From positions 1 through 26,099 of IMG/VR virus record IMGVR_UViG_3300034349_000011: 26,099 nt of DNA; one strand, written 5' to 3'. Below, in pieces: positions 8,430 through 16,855 of this stretch. Both the position numbers and the translations under genes were made by a program. This DNA is from a virus (Duplodnaviria > Caudoviricetes). The notes beneath the pieces were generated by a model that was not told the origin of the DNA, ran no database searches, and saw nothing but the letters and a program-made list of their open reading frames with translations. The first letter of the stretch is position 1; every line of letters begins with the position of its first letter.

Positions 8430-8900
8430 GTGCAAGAACCTGTCATTAAAGATTTCGAAAGCCAAGAACTGGTCAACCCTCACCACATGAAGAACCGTGT
8501 GTGGGTCACCGGTCTGGAAATGGGCATCCCGGAAGAGTTTGAAGGCAAGACCTTCTACAAGGATCGCCTGCTGGTCACCAAACTCACCCCTCACGGCGGC
8601 AACGTCGAAGGGCACATCCACACCTACTACGCCAAGGTCGATACCGAAGAGCTGGAAGGTGTGATGACGTACGTGGTCGACACCAAACTGGGTCAGGTCC
8701 GTACTGACGTTACTCAGCTCGTCGTCAAAGGCGAGTTCGCTGAGAAGGGCTACGTGGTTATCGGCGTGGACTTGCACGCTGCTAAGGCGCCAGCGCCGGC
8801 TCCTAAGCGCAAGAGTAGCAAGCACAAGCCGAAGAAGCTTGCTCCCTCCACTGCCCAACTGCTGGGTCGTCTCAACATCCTGAAGCCGAGCGTGAAATGA
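8430..8900 (+). CDS. Hypothetical protein with Lys/Pro-rich basic C-terminal tail (156 aa)
   Basis: GAGGA RBS and GTG start. Confidence 0.8.
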   Translation: MQEPVIKDFESQELVNPHHMKNRVWVTGLEMGIPEEFEGKTFYKDRLLVTKLTPHGGNVEGHIHTYYAKVDTEELEGVMTYVVDTKLGQVRTDVTQLVVKGEFAEKGYVVIGVDLHAAKAPAPAPKRKSSKHKPKKLAPSTAQLLGRLNILKPSVK

Positions 8901-9112
8901 GCGAAGTCGACGATATCATCAACGCTGGTCAGAAGATTGATCATAAGCGTTTGAGCTTTGTACTGGAGTATATCCAGAACGCTCGGCGTAGCGGTCGGGG
9001 AATGGACGTTGGTCGTGATAGCGAACGTAACCAAAAAGAGCTGATCGCCGCTGCTAACGCCTTGTACGACAAAGCAGTCGAAAGCTGCACCATCACGGAG
9101 AAAGCCCAATGA
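8897..9112 (+). CDS. Hypothetical protein (71 aa)
   Basis: ATGA overlaps with both neighbouring genes. Confidence 0.75.
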   Translation: MSEVDDIINAGQKIDHKRLSFVLEYIQNARRSGRGMDVGRDSERNQKELIAAANALYDKAVESCTITEKAQ

Positions 9113-10164
9113 AGGACGAAGGTATGTTTTACGGGATGTCCCCTCGCGTCGTAGCCAAGAACATTCCAGTTGATCCGCTCAAGGACAAGGTAGAGATGTG
9201 CTTCTACCAATACCTGCCGATCAAGATGGCCGGTGCTCTGGAGTCGTTCCACATTCCTGAGAACCTCGCCTGGATCAAGCGCTTCATTGCACACCTGGAC
9301 TTCTGCCCACACACTGACTACATCTACGTCAGTGCCAAGCACCTGTTCGTAACGCCGGACAACATGGGTAACCGTCCAGGCTGGCACTCCGATGGTTTCG
9401 GCAGTGACGACATCAACTACATCTGGGCGGACAAGTTCCCGACTCAGTTCTGCCTGCAACCGTTTGAGCTGACAGAAGACCACAGCAAGTCGTTGGCTGA
9501 ACTGGAAGCGCAAGCGCTGCCTCAGAACATCCACGAGTACGGCGAGAACGCATTCGTGCGTATCGACCGCTGGAACATCCACCGCCCTCCGGTCATGGGC
9601 ACTGGGTTCCGTACGTTCTTGAAGTTCTCCATCTCCAAGAACCAGTACAACCTGCAAGGCAACTCGCACAACTACCTGATCGATTACGACTGGCAGATGG
9701 TTCCACGTTCTGCTGTGCGTAATCACCCGGTGGCAGACACTGCGGGTAAGGTGCCGGTCGAACCCAAGGTGAAGCCTGAAGACATGATCATTCAACTTCC
9801 GGGGGCGTTCAACTACACCTTGAAAGTGTCTGACTTGATTCATCGTCTGGAACGGGACAACGTCTCAGTCTTCCCGGTCATGAACGTCAGCACGCGTTGG
9901 AAAGAGTTCAAGGACGATCAGAAGATCTCCCTCGAATACATCCTGCGCGATATCCTCCATGAGTACGGTCACCACAACTGCCTCAACATGAACCAAAGCA
10001 AGCCGCAATTGGTTCAAGCGCTGGTTGACACTGGGTTGTTCACCAAGGTCAAAGCCAACAGCGTTTCTTACAACGGCAGCCGTCCTCCGTATGTCGTGGG
10101 GCAGAAACACTATAAACAACCTGTGAACTGCTTGTGGTACGTCCCGGCAGAACGCCGCTTCTAA
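9109..10164 (+). CDS. Putative 2OG-Fe(II) dioxygenase fused to a C-terminal domain shared with the next gene
   Basis: RPGWHSDG (HxD), distal NIHR His and FRTFLKFS (candidate 2OG-binding Arg) in DSBH-like spacing. Confidence 0.65.
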   Translation: MKDEGMFYGMSPRVVAKNIPVDPLKDKVEMCFYQYLPIKMAGALESFHIPENLAWIKRFIAHLDFCPHTDYIYVSAKHLFVTPDNMGNRPGWHSDGFGSDDINYIWADKFPTQFCLQPFELTEDHSKSLAELEAQALPQNIHEYGENAFVRIDRWNIHRPPVMGTGFRTFLKFSISKNQYNLQGNSHNYLIDYDWQMVPRSAVRNHPVADTAGKVPVEPKVKPEDMIIQLPGAFNYTLKVSDLIHRLERDNVSVFPVMNVSTRWKEFKDDQKISLEYILRDILHEYGHHNCLNMNQSKPQLVQALVDTGLFTKVKANSVSYNGSRPPYVVGQKHYKQPVNCLWYVPAERRF

Positions 10165-10175
10165 GGGGAAACAAC

Positions 10176-11024
10176 GTGGATCAGATCGCTAAGATTGTCA
10201 CAGAAGGTTATGTCGCTGAACTGGACGGTAAGTTCTTCGGTCAGTTGTATGCCGACGGTCAGTCCACTCAGTATGGCTTCGCGGGGATCGAGACGGCTAC
10301 CATTGTCGATGATCCTCAACTCGGTCCAGAAGGACTGACGTACGAGGGTTCTCCTTACGCGGCGGATCTGAAGAAGGCCAAGTACACCAAGATCCGTTAC
10401 GTGCAGACGTTCGAGCGTGTGATTGAACCGATAGAGATCCCGCCAGCTCTCCGGCAGCGGATTGAAACGGCCATGAAGATGAAGATCCCGCTGAAGGGGT
10501 GCAACAACGACCCGCGGTATCTTCTTGAAGTTAAGGACGTGTTGAAGTACTTCATCACCAACAGGATCGAGTCGTTGGTGGTCAACCACATGTTCGGTAG
10601 CTACACGGATTTCAGCCCGCATGAGACCGTAACACTCGAGTGGTTCATCCGTAACCATCTGTGGGAGTACAGCGCTCCTGCCGAATATTACAACCACGCT
10701 CAAGCCGACGACGAGCTCCTCAAAGCGCTCACCGACACCGGCCTGTTTGAAGTGGTACTCGACAATCAAACCCGGTACGACCAGGAACTGGGCGGACGTC
10801 CCGTTTACTTGTTGCACCAGCACGCGTGGGCACGCCCAGTCAAATGCCTGCGTTTATTAGACATCGAAGAGGAACAACCCGTGAATCAACTCCCGTTGGA
10901 TAAAGAAGAACCAGAAGACGCGCTGTCTCTGGATGAACAACTGCACCTCGAATCCCAGCACGAGGACAATGAGTCCATCCGTGCTACCGAAGAAGCCGAA
11001 GAGCGCATGCGCGACGAGGAATAA
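10176..11024 (+). CDS. Hypothetical protein with a domain paralogous to the C-terminus of 9109..10164 and an acidic tail
   Basis: The TAAGGGG RBS favours the GTG at 10176; shared motif L..AL.DTGLF..V...RP.Y.....PV.CL. Confidence 0.8.
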   Translation: MDQIAKIVTEGYVAELDGKFFGQLYADGQSTQYGFAGIETATIVDDPQLGPEGLTYEGSPYAADLKKAKYTKIRYVQTFERVIEPIEIPPALRQRIETAMKMKIPLKGCNNDPRYLLEVKDVLKYFITNRIESLVVNHMFGSYTDFSPHETVTLEWFIRNHLWEYSAPAEYYNHAQADDELLKALTDTGLFEVVLDNQTRYDQELGGRPVYLLHQHAWARPVKCLRLLDIEEEQPVNQLPLDKEEPEDALSLDEQLHLESQHEDNESIRATEEAEERMRDEE

Positions 11025-11026
11025 CC

Positions 11027-11482
11027 ATGTTCAAGTCTATTGAAGGGTTCCTTCAAACCACCGCATTCTTTACCGTAGTCGTCTCGCAGTATCGCTACGG
11101 CGGCTACGTGGCACTCATCATGAAGGAAGACATTGCCAGTCAACTGATGGGCACCATGGATGACTTCAACGGTGAGTCTGACTGGGAGCTCTGGGGTCTC
11201 GGTCGGAGCGAATGGTTCCCGGTAGGCTTTGGCGTAGGCGTGGACAGCGCATTGCGTGAGTTGGACATCCAGCTCAAGAGTACTGAGCATGACTGGGTCG
11301 CCATGGTCCCAATGCTGGAACTGCTGGCACTTGGTCAAATGCCTGGCTACAACGTCAAGTGTCCATTTATGACCCTACAAGAGCTACGTGATGCCTACCA
11401 CAATTGGAATCACGGTCATGAACAAGCTCTGTTAGTCGGTACAGGGGTGGAGAAAAAGGAGGTAGTTAATGCAGCGACGTAG
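11027..11482 (+). CDS. Hypothetical protein (151 aa)
   Basis: GAGGA RBS; coupled to the upstream stop. Confidence 0.8.
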   Translation: MFKSIEGFLQTTAFFTVVVSQYRYGGYVALIMKEDIASQLMGTMDDFNGESDWELWGLGRSEWFPVGFGVGVDSALRELDIQLKSTEHDWVAMVPMLELLALGQMPGYNVKCPFMTLQELRDAYHNWNHGHEQALLVGTGVEKKEVVNAAT

Positions 11483-11732
11483 GTTCATGAAGCTGCTGGG
11501 TATCGGCGCTGCTGCCGCGGCGGTGACTTCACAGTTACCCGCTTCGCAGATACCGCCGATCTCTGCGGTCAATATACCTGTTACACCCCTGGCTGAAGAG
11601 GGACTCCCCCTTGAATGTCAGATGGAGGAAGAGTGTTTGGTTGTCGAAGAACCGCGCCCTAACTCCAACCCTTACGCACTGACCAAAGCTGATATCGGTC
11701 TGAGTGATAAAGGTGGCATCTACATGCGATAG
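11469..11732 (+). CDS. Small protein with a twin-arginine (Tat)-like signal peptide
   Basis: AAGGAGGT RBS; MQRRRFMKLLGIGAAAAAV fits the (S/T)RRxFLK consensus plus a hydrophobic h-region. Confidence 0.75.
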   Translation: MQRRRFMKLLGIGAAAAAVTSQLPASQIPPISAVNIPVTPLAEEGLPLECQMEEECLVVEEPRPNSNPYALTKADIGLSDKGGIYMR

Positions 11733-11776
11733 CCCTCATCATACCGGTGAGGGCTACTCCGCGTGGAGAAGTCAAG

Positions 11777-12022
11777 ATGTCGTACAACAAGTTTGCCCGT
11801 GCAGAACGTCGCCAACGTAACCGCAAGTCCGTCAAGAAACAATCACGGATCTTTTACTACCACAATGACAAGACCGAGACTCTGTCCGCTAAGCAGTTGG
11901 GGCGTATGGTAAAACATAAGGCTCTCAACTGTGGTCAGGCTCGCTGTTACTTGTGCTGTAATCCTCGTCGCATCTCTGGGGATGTAACCTTCGCTGAACG
12001 TCGTGCTGCACTGGTAGATTAA
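11777..12022 (+). CDS. Small basic Cys-cluster protein (CGQARCYLCCNPRR)
   Basis: GGAG RBS before the ATG at 11777; terminator downstream. Confidence 0.7.
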   Translation: MSYNKFARAERRQRNRKSVKKQSRIFYYHNDKTETLSAKQLGRMVKHKALNCGQARCYLCCNPRRISGDVTFAERRAALVD

Positions 12023-12031
12023 CCGTTGGAC

Positions 12032-12068
12032 CCACACCTCGTTCGCGGGGTGTGGTTTTATTCTCTTT
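12032..12068 (+). terminator. Intrinsic terminator
   Basis: CCACACCTCG-TTCG-CGGGGTGTGG followed by TTTTATTCTCTTT. Confidence 0.85.
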
Positions 12069-12097
12069 ACTGATGTACTTTATAACGAGGAACTACC

Positions 12098-12319
12098 ATG
12101 AGTATTGGCAAATGTCCACCTCATAACGCCCCAGTGGTCAGCTTCGATGACCTCGATCATGTGGCTGTCGAACTTGCTGGGTTTCACCCTAGCGAAACGG
12201 GCCCTGGGGATTTCGTACACGCGCTGTCTCGCTGCATGAAGCAAGACGGTTTCCATGTGTTCGCAGATGCCTCTCATGAAGAGTACATTGAACTCACCGT
12301 TCGTATCCCCAAGGAATAA
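12098..12319 (+). CDS. Hypothetical protein (73 aa)
   Basis: GAGGA RBS. Confidence 0.7.
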   Translation: MSIGKCPPHNAPVVSFDDLDHVAVELAGFHPSETGPGDFVHALSRCMKQDGFHVFADASHEEYIELTVRIPKE

Positions 12320-12321
12320 AC

Positions 12322-12762
12322 ATGGAACGCAATGCTGAAGCAATCGCGACCGAGATGGACGAACTGTCCAAGCAGATCGACGAGACGAACTACACCTTCG
12401 TTGCTGGGCGGCAAGAGAAGATGCGTGTGCTCTCCGCTCGCCGGGATGCACTGAACATCGAACACACTGCCGAACTCGCTAAGCAGATGTACGTCACCAT
12501 GCCAGTGTACGGTTGGATCTGTTTCCACTGCGGCGTACGTTGCTTCTCGGTCGCCGAGGCCAAGGAACACTTCGGTGAACTACCTACCGCTAAGCCTGTC
12601 TGTACCAAAGGACAGACTCAGAAGTTCCGTGAGGCGGCCCAGAAGATCATGCTGGAAGCCTTATCCACTTTGGCAGACCCTATTAACCCATTCAGTCCAC
12701 CCAAAGACGCTAACGGCTTCACCGCCGCTGACCGTCAAATTATGCGAGATGATCCAACATGA
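12322..12762 (+). CDS. Coiled-coil plus Zn-finger-like protein (WICFHCG...HFG...PVC)
   Basis: AAGGA RBS; CxxC...H...C ligand pattern. Confidence 0.75.
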   Translation: MERNAEAIATEMDELSKQIDETNYTFVAGRQEKMRVLSARRDALNIEHTAELAKQMYVTMPVYGWICFHCGVRCFSVAEAKEHFGELPTAKPVCTKGQTQKFREAAQKIMLEALSTLADPINPFSPPKDANGFTAADRQIMRDDPT

Positions 12763-12944
12763 ACATGTGGGACGAAGTATTCTACGGCGTGATCTTTATC
12801 TTTGCCGTGATCTACGCCGTATTGGCGTTTGCAATGATCGGTGTCTCGAACAAGCGCGTTCGTGCGTTCTGGAACACCATAACCCCAGTGCTGTTCGTCA
12901 GCTTGGCGTGTGTTGCAGCCACTGGACTGGGTTGGATCAAATAA
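12759..12944 (+). CDS. Small two-TM membrane protein (61 aa)
   Basis: Two hydrophobic stretches separated by NKRVR; ATGA overlap. Confidence 0.7.
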   Translation: MNMWDEVFYGVIFIFAVIYAVLAFAMIGVSNKRVRAFWNTITPVLFVSLACVAATGLGWIK

Positions 12945-12959
12945 CCTGGAGCACTGAGC

Positions 12960-13424
12960 ATGGCCATCACTTTCATCATCATTGACTTCGATAAAGAAGT
13001 CCCTAATGACAGCGAAGACATCCTGAACTACCTCGGATGGATTCCTGAGATAGCTGGTAAACCGGATGTCAAAGGCATTCCACACATGTGGGATCTGAAC
13101 TTCGGGTTTGACTTCCCGATCTGGGGCAAGCTGTTTCGTCTATTGGAAGAAGAGGTCTCCGTACCGTATCTAACAGTAGTGATCTACCGTGTCATCCCTG
13201 AAGGTACTGTGGAAGGCGACGAGGTCTACTTGAACCAGATGGCTAAGCTATCAAAAATCATAGACTGGCTCAATCACCGGTTTAACAACACCCTGATTCC
13301 TGAAGACATCGAAGTGTTCCTCGGGGCTGAAGGAACGGTCGGGTATCAAATCAATGTCGACTTGACACCCATGGTCAACGACTTGGCTGACTCTCGACGC
13401 AACTCGTTCAAACCTGTGAAGTAA
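12960..13424 (+). CDS. Acidic hypothetical protein (154 aa)
   Basis: GGAG RBS; AT-rich intergenic DNA follows. Confidence 0.8.
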   Translation: MAITFIIIDFDKEVPNDSEDILNYLGWIPEIAGKPDVKGIPHMWDLNFGFDFPIWGKLFRLLEEEVSVPYLTVVIYRVIPEGTVEGDEVYLNQMAKLSKIIDWLNHRFNNTLIPEDIEVFLGAEGTVGYQINVDLTPMVNDLADSRRNSFKPVK

Positions 13425-13507
13425 ATAAAATAAACCCTTGTCCTTTATATGGACGTCTCTAAGGCGTCCGTTTAGACCTGTATAACCAAGACCTGAAGGA
13501 ACGTACC

Positions 13508-14716
13508 ATGGCAGAGAATCAACCAGGTGTCGCTCAACAAGCATTGAGCCTCATGCACGGCGTGTCATCACTCGACATCCCGGAAGACCAACGCGCTGAG
13601 ACTTATGCGCTCTTGGAGAAGATCGCTCCTAACATGCGTTCAGTCCCTAGCCGTAAGAATGGCGAGGGTGAATTACGTCTTGGCAACGGTAGTCCTCACG
13701 CGGATAACCCCGACCAAGAGGATGCAGCACGCGTCATGAGTTATCGCCGGAATGCGCTCCTTGAGTTGAAGGACAGTGAGTACTTCAACCGCAAGATACA
13801 GCTCGGCCAGATCAGTCCTAACCAATTGGAACAGGCGATGATGGGTCGTGGTTCCATCGGTGACATCGACAGCGGTATATTCCAGTCGACCCCTAAGAAC
13901 GCTCAGTACGGTGCTGGGATGATCAACCCGTTCATGATCGGTGCTAACGCTGACTTCGACGGTAACGCATTGGGTGACATGCTCGAATCCACCAACGGTG
14001 GTAAGGCTCTCATTCCTCCGGCTCCTATCCCTGGGTTCCCGTTGGATGAGCTGGTCAACCTCCCTCGTTTCATCATGGCAGACGTGGCTCCTTTTGCGTT
14101 CGTCAATGAAGCGCAATACAAGCCAACCAAACTTCGTCTCCCATATCCGAAGATCTTGTTCGAACTGGGTCCGGAAGATAATCGTCACATGGTCGTAGTG
14201 ACCCAGCATGGCGATTACGGGTATGACTTCCGTACGGAGTACCTTCACACCGACAAGGACACCCCGTTCGAGATTGGTGCGATGAGTCACGTAGACTTAG
14301 GTCACGGTGACATCCTCGAGATCAATCAGATGGTGTATCAGACTGATCCAGCAGTTGCTGAGTGGACTCTGATGGCGATCATCGGGTTCATCGCTGAGTT
14401 CAGCGTAGGTAATACGATCATTGGCACACAAGCCCGTGATCCATATCGAGTGATCCCTCAACCGGGTACTACCCGTAAGTATCGGATCGTTCGTGTTGTC
14501 ATGGGCGTCACCAAAGTCTGCAAGCCATGGCAAGGCGGTACTCACGCCTCACCTCGTGAACACGAACGCATGGGACACTGGCGTCGTGTGAAAGGTGAAC
14601 CACGTTGGTTCCCTGCTGTGACCGTCAACAAAGGCGTCATTGGTCGCGTCATGAAGGAATACCACGTAAACCACCGCAACAAACCTAGCCCTGCAATACA
14701 AGGACCTGAAGCATGA
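13508..14716 (+). CDS. Hypothetical protein (402 aa) with an NADFDGN motif and a C-terminal THASPREHERMGHWR motif
   Basis: AAGGA RBS; the His/Arg-rich C-terminal motif is one I recall from uncharacterised phage proteins. Confidence 0.85.
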   Translation: MAENQPGVAQQALSLMHGVSSLDIPEDQRAETYALLEKIAPNMRSVPSRKNGEGELRLGNGSPHADNPDQEDAARVMSYRRNALLELKDSEYFNRKIQLGQISPNQLEQAMMGRGSIGDIDSGIFQSTPKNAQYGAGMINPFMIGANADFDGNALGDMLESTNGGKALIPPAPIPGFPLDELVNLPRFIMADVAPFAFVNEAQYKPTKLRLPYPKILFELGPEDNRHMVVVTQHGDYGYDFRTEYLHTDKDTPFEIGAMSHVDLGHGDILEINQMVYQTDPAVAEWTLMAIIGFIAEFSVGNTIIGTQARDPYRVIPQPGTTRKYRIVRVVMGVTKVCKPWQGGTHASPREHERMGHWRRVKGEPRWFPAVTVNKGVIGRVMKEYHVNHRNKPSPAIQGPEA

Positions 14717-15297
14717 ATACTCACTCCGAACATCCGCCACGCACTGACGTCAAAGCCGTGTGGCCTGGAATCAAAATACCTACCGTTATTAACTGGGAAG
14801 GCATCTTCCAACAATCGCTCTGCTTTGTGCGTCCTATAACGGAATGGTGGGAGACCGACCCCCTCGCCACATTGCGTGATCACCGTACCATCCACATGGG
14901 CGGCGGTCGTCAGAACGGTAAGACTGAGTGGGCTGTGGGTAAGCTCGCTGATGACGGCACGATCATTGTCGCGAGAGACAAACACATGCGTCAAGCCATC
15001 GACCGCATGTACACCCTGAAGAACCTCAGGGAGCCCATCACGATCACGATCCCTGCGGACTGTCCCAATCCTTACGAGGTGGTGGAAGGACTCCTTAAAG
15101 AGTACCACAAGGCTTGCGTGCCGAACGTGTTCACCGCGATGGATCTGCAATCGATCATCAAGAATGAGCCAGAGAAGCTCAAGCACGTCACGAAAGTCAT
15201 CATCGACGAAGCGTCGTACAACACTAAGATACAGGACATCTACAGAGCCCTTGTGGAATTGAAACGTCCTGACCTTATTATTGTCGCGTTGGGCTAA
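14713..15297 (+). CDS. Small P-loop NTPase domain (SF2/terminase-like Walker motifs)
   Basis: Walker A-like GGRQNGKT and Walker B VIIDEA; single RecA-like domain size (194 aa). Confidence 0.7.
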   Translation: MNTHSEHPPRTDVKAVWPGIKIPTVINWEGIFQQSLCFVRPITEWWETDPLATLRDHRTIHMGGGRQNGKTEWAVGKLADDGTIIVARDKHMRQAIDRMYTLKNLREPITITIPADCPNPYEVVEGLLKEYHKACVPNVFTAMDLQSIIKNEPEKLKHVTKVIIDEASYNTKIQDIYRALVELKRPDLIIVALG

Positions 15298-15300
15298 TCC

Positions 15301-15335
15301 GGGACAGGGGCTTCAGGGCCCCTGTCTCTATGCCC
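15301..15335 (+). terminator. Hairpin followed by TATGCCC
   Basis: GGGACAGGGGCT-TCAG-GGCCCCTGTCTC-TATGCCC; no U-tract. Confidence 0.6.
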
Positions 15336-15347
15336 TCGGAGATCGTC

Positions 15348-15770
15348 ATGAAAGTCTTCATGTGCACCCAGTGTGACCGCCTTCAGAATGATCGACAGTT
15401 CCAGTACCGTCAAGGTATTGCTCACCGTCAGTACCTCGTCTGCAAGATGTGTCGTTACCCGCAAGGAAGTGAGATCGAATGCAAGACCCAGCTCTGTCCA
15501 ACCTGCTTAAAGCCATCACCACGCAGCGATTTCTGTGTCTTCTTCCACGGACAAGAACCTATCCTGAAAGAAGAATGCACTTCGTGCCGATTCAAGGCGG
15601 GAGAGCCCGACACGATACATGCCATTGAAAGTGAGCATCGGCCTTATGAGCTGAGCACGGTGCTTAAGGCAACCATGGAGTCGTGGGAGAAGGAGTATGG
15701 TCCGGAACCCCAACCCACGCTATTACAGAGAGTACGCACATGGATAACACATCTCATCAAGAGACCCTAA
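15348..15770 (+). CDS. Double Zn-ribbon protein
   Basis: Four CxxC pairs (CTQC, CKMC, CPTC, CTSC); the GGAG RBS favours the ATG at 15348. Confidence 0.75.
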   Translation: MKVFMCTQCDRLQNDRQFQYRQGIAHRQYLVCKMCRYPQGSEIECKTQLCPTCLKPSPRSDFCVFFHGQEPILKEECTSCRFKAGEPDTIHAIESEHRPYELSTVLKATMESWEKEYGPEPQPTLLQRVRTWITHLIKRP

Positions 15771-16099
15771 CCAAAGCAATCACGCTGTTAGACAGTGAGA
15801 TTGAGCGTCATCTTGAAATCATTGGTGCGTTAACCGATGCTCGGGAAGTCCTGAAGATCTATTCGACAGAACTTTCCTTCCCTGGGTATAACGAATACAA
15901 CTTCTTGACCCGCGCGCAGGTCACTAAGTACCTAGGTGTGGCTCACACGAGCATTCATCGGTATATCGCCGGCAGAGTCCCTCGTGGCAAACCACCGTTT
16001 CCTCAACCCTCTGCAAAAGTAGGGCACAAACATCTCTACAAGCGAGAAGAGATTGTCGCTTGGAAGAACGCCCTCAACTTCAAACCCACGGACGCTTAG
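15740..16099 (+). CDS. Coiled-coil plus AlpA/Xis/MerR-like winged-HTH DNA-binding protein
   Basis: FLTRAQVTKYLGVAHTSIHRY...PFPQP...LYKREEIVAW pattern. Confidence 0.7.
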   Translation: MDNTSHQETLTKAITLLDSEIERHLEIIGALTDAREVLKIYSTELSFPGYNEYNFLTRAQVTKYLGVAHTSIHRYIAGRVPRGKPPFPQPSAKVGHKHLYKREEIVAWKNALNFKPTDA

Positions 16100-16102
16100 T
16101 TA

Positions 16103-16846
16103 ATGGATAAGGTTCTCATGTTTGCAGCCGTCTTTACAATGGTCGGCTTGCGAGGATTTCAGCAGAAGGTCGTTGCGGCTACTCAATACCCGATGATGGG
16201 TGTAGTGGGCGGGATGATCTACCTTGCTGAAGGTAGTGCAGTGATTATGGTCTCTAAGGGTGGCTACTGGAACGTAGCCATCGGTGCAATAGGGGCCAGC
16301 ACTGGTGTCATGATGGCCGTGTACGTGTACAACCGGTACTTTTCCAACCTATTCAAGAAGAAGGATGAACCAATGAGCCTGCTCACTGATGCAGATCGTG
16401 ATCCACAAGCGCATGTACTGGCACCATTGGTAGCCGAACGTATCGTGGTCATTGCACCTTCGATGCGTCATGTGAAAGCGTTGCAGAACCTGCTGTTCGA
16501 TAAACTCGATCAGCGCCCTGCCGTGAAACTGGCTGACCTGACCCCGGAAACGGATAAAGCTCTACTGGTCTTTGCTGAACAGAAAGACCCGTTCAAGCCT
16601 GTCCCTAAACCGGTTGATGGGTTCAACACCAAACGTCTTCGGTCTATCCAGCAAGAAGGTACGCTGGAGCTGGGCGGTCTGACCTTCCGGGACAGTTTCT
16701 TCACGGCGGATACGATCGTGCTGGATGATGATCGTTGTGTCCCACTGCGCGATCAGACGGGTTGGAAGTGGGGCGATAAGGAACATGGCATCCTCAGTGA
16801 AGACCTGTTGTCTCACTACGCTGAAGAATTTGAGAAACTGGATTAA
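16103..16846 (+). CDS. Membrane protein: N-terminal TM bundle plus soluble C-terminal domain (247 aa)
   Basis: About three Gly-rich hydrophobic segments in the first ~80 aa. Confidence 0.8.
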   Translation: MDKVLMFAAVFTMVGLRGFQQKVVAATQYPMMGVVGGMIYLAEGSAVIMVSKGGYWNVAIGAIGASTGVMMAVYVYNRYFSNLFKKKDEPMSLLTDADRDPQAHVLAPLVAERIVVIAPSMRHVKALQNLLFDKLDQRPAVKLADLTPETDKALLVFAEQKDPFKPVPKPVDGFNTKRLRSIQQEGTLELGGLTFRDSFFTADTIVLDDDRCVPLRDQTGWKWGDKEHGILSEDLLSHYAEEFEKLD

Positions 16847-16855
16847 GGAAGGGAC

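Noticed and set aside
6717-8858. 713-aa antisense ORF spanning thyA, and the many other minus-strand ORFs (e.g. 3624..4697, 8941..9843, 21214..22131)
   Set aside because: They mirror well-supported + strand genes, have no recognisable motifs and are explained by codon bias that depletes antisense stop codons.
15740-16099. Excisionase implying a prophage or integrative element
   Set aside because: No integrase, att-like repeat or host gene is present in the window; AlpA/Xis-like HTH proteins also occur as stand-alone regulators.
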